A stretch of DNA of 63,149 bases, the filler included, from Reclinomonas americana ATCC 50394 (taxonomy: Eukaryota): assembly GCA_048213135.1 (NCBI GenBank). It is 5 parts of 2 records of this genome, joined end to end, with 100 filler letters (N's around TTAATTAATTAA, not from the genome) between each part and the next. Parts side by side here need not be neighbours in the genome. Positions count along the whole stretch, not along the records: positions 53,076 to 63,149 come from PS015242.1; 4 more parts are not named here. One strand, written 5' to 3'. The position numbers were made by a program, and so were the translations under genes. Positions 62,755 to 63,149 of the stretch are shown piece by piece. The notes beneath the pieces are model-generated. The model saw only the letters and a list, made by a program, of their open reading frames with translations, was not told the origin of the DNA and did no database searches. Numbering within the stretch: position 1 is the stretch's first letter; the number at the start of each line of letters is the position of its first letter.

Positions 62755-63149
62755 CGGCTGCTGCACCATTGTCACCCTCCTCTTCATCTCCGGCGGCCTC
62801 ACCCTCCTCTCTCTGCGCGCCACCGTCATCCCCGCGCCCATCATTGACGATGGCGCATTTGTCATTGCGCCCACCATCGCCACCGCCACGTCATCACCCG
62901 GCTCTGCCGCCTCCGCCTCCGCCGGCGCCTGCTCCGTGTCCCGCGGCTGCTGGTACGCCTACGCGCTCATCAGCCTCGTCGCCGCCTGCGGGACCGTGTG
63001 CGGTGTGTTGCCAGAGGCGCGCGCGACGTTGCTCGTGTGCGTGTTTGTGCTGGTGGCGACGCCGGCCGTGTCGCGTGTCCTGCTGGCGCTGCTGGTGGCC
63101 ACGACGGCCGCACCGGCGACGCTGCATCATCGTCGGCATAGCAGTGACG
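62755..63149 (+). CDS. possible membrane protein fragment
   Basis: Stop-free + frame with hydrophobic stretches (TIVTLLFISGGLTLLSL; WYAYALISLVAACG; LLVCVFVLVATPAVSRVLLALLVA). Cut by a gap and the window end. Confidence 0.35.

Noticed and set aside
62880-63139. Minus-strand frame with tandem TGA TGA suggesting stop-codon readthrough or recoding
   Set aside because: The opposite strand is fully open and looks like a membrane protein, and other genes here end normally at TGA.

Overview
Eukaryotic (protist-like) draft-genome window: GC-rich exons, many short (~60-100 nt) GT-AG introns, long (CT)n/(GA)n microsatellites, and many N gaps. Four gaps carry an artificial TTAATTAATTAA spacer. Gene content, from exons assembled by eye: the 3' part of a low-complexity protein gene; a hypothetical gene; cytosolic aminopeptidase P (XPNPEP1-like); the 5' exons (TEN domain) of a telomerase reverse transcriptase with no RT domain in the window; a Crinkler/RHS-like PD-(D/E)xK nuclease + kinase gene with altered catalytic residues; a ~12 kb Pmp-like GGA/FxxN repeat + Cys-rich + multi-TM surface protein; two tandem GT31 glycosyltransferases, the catalytic exon of the second inverted between gaps; a multi-TM TKL kinase; a tandem array of at least 6 intronless WD40 genes; and a GT37-like fucosyltransferase. 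Two observations stand out. (1) About 16 introns appear to use +1-shifted 5' splice sites (GTTGCGT/GTTGAGT/GTTATGT/GTTTCGT). (2) The WD40 array is mosaic, varies at the predicted binding face and carries a conserved C-terminal tail, resembling a diversifying recognition system. No database searches or RNA data were available, so all exon structures and family calls are manual.
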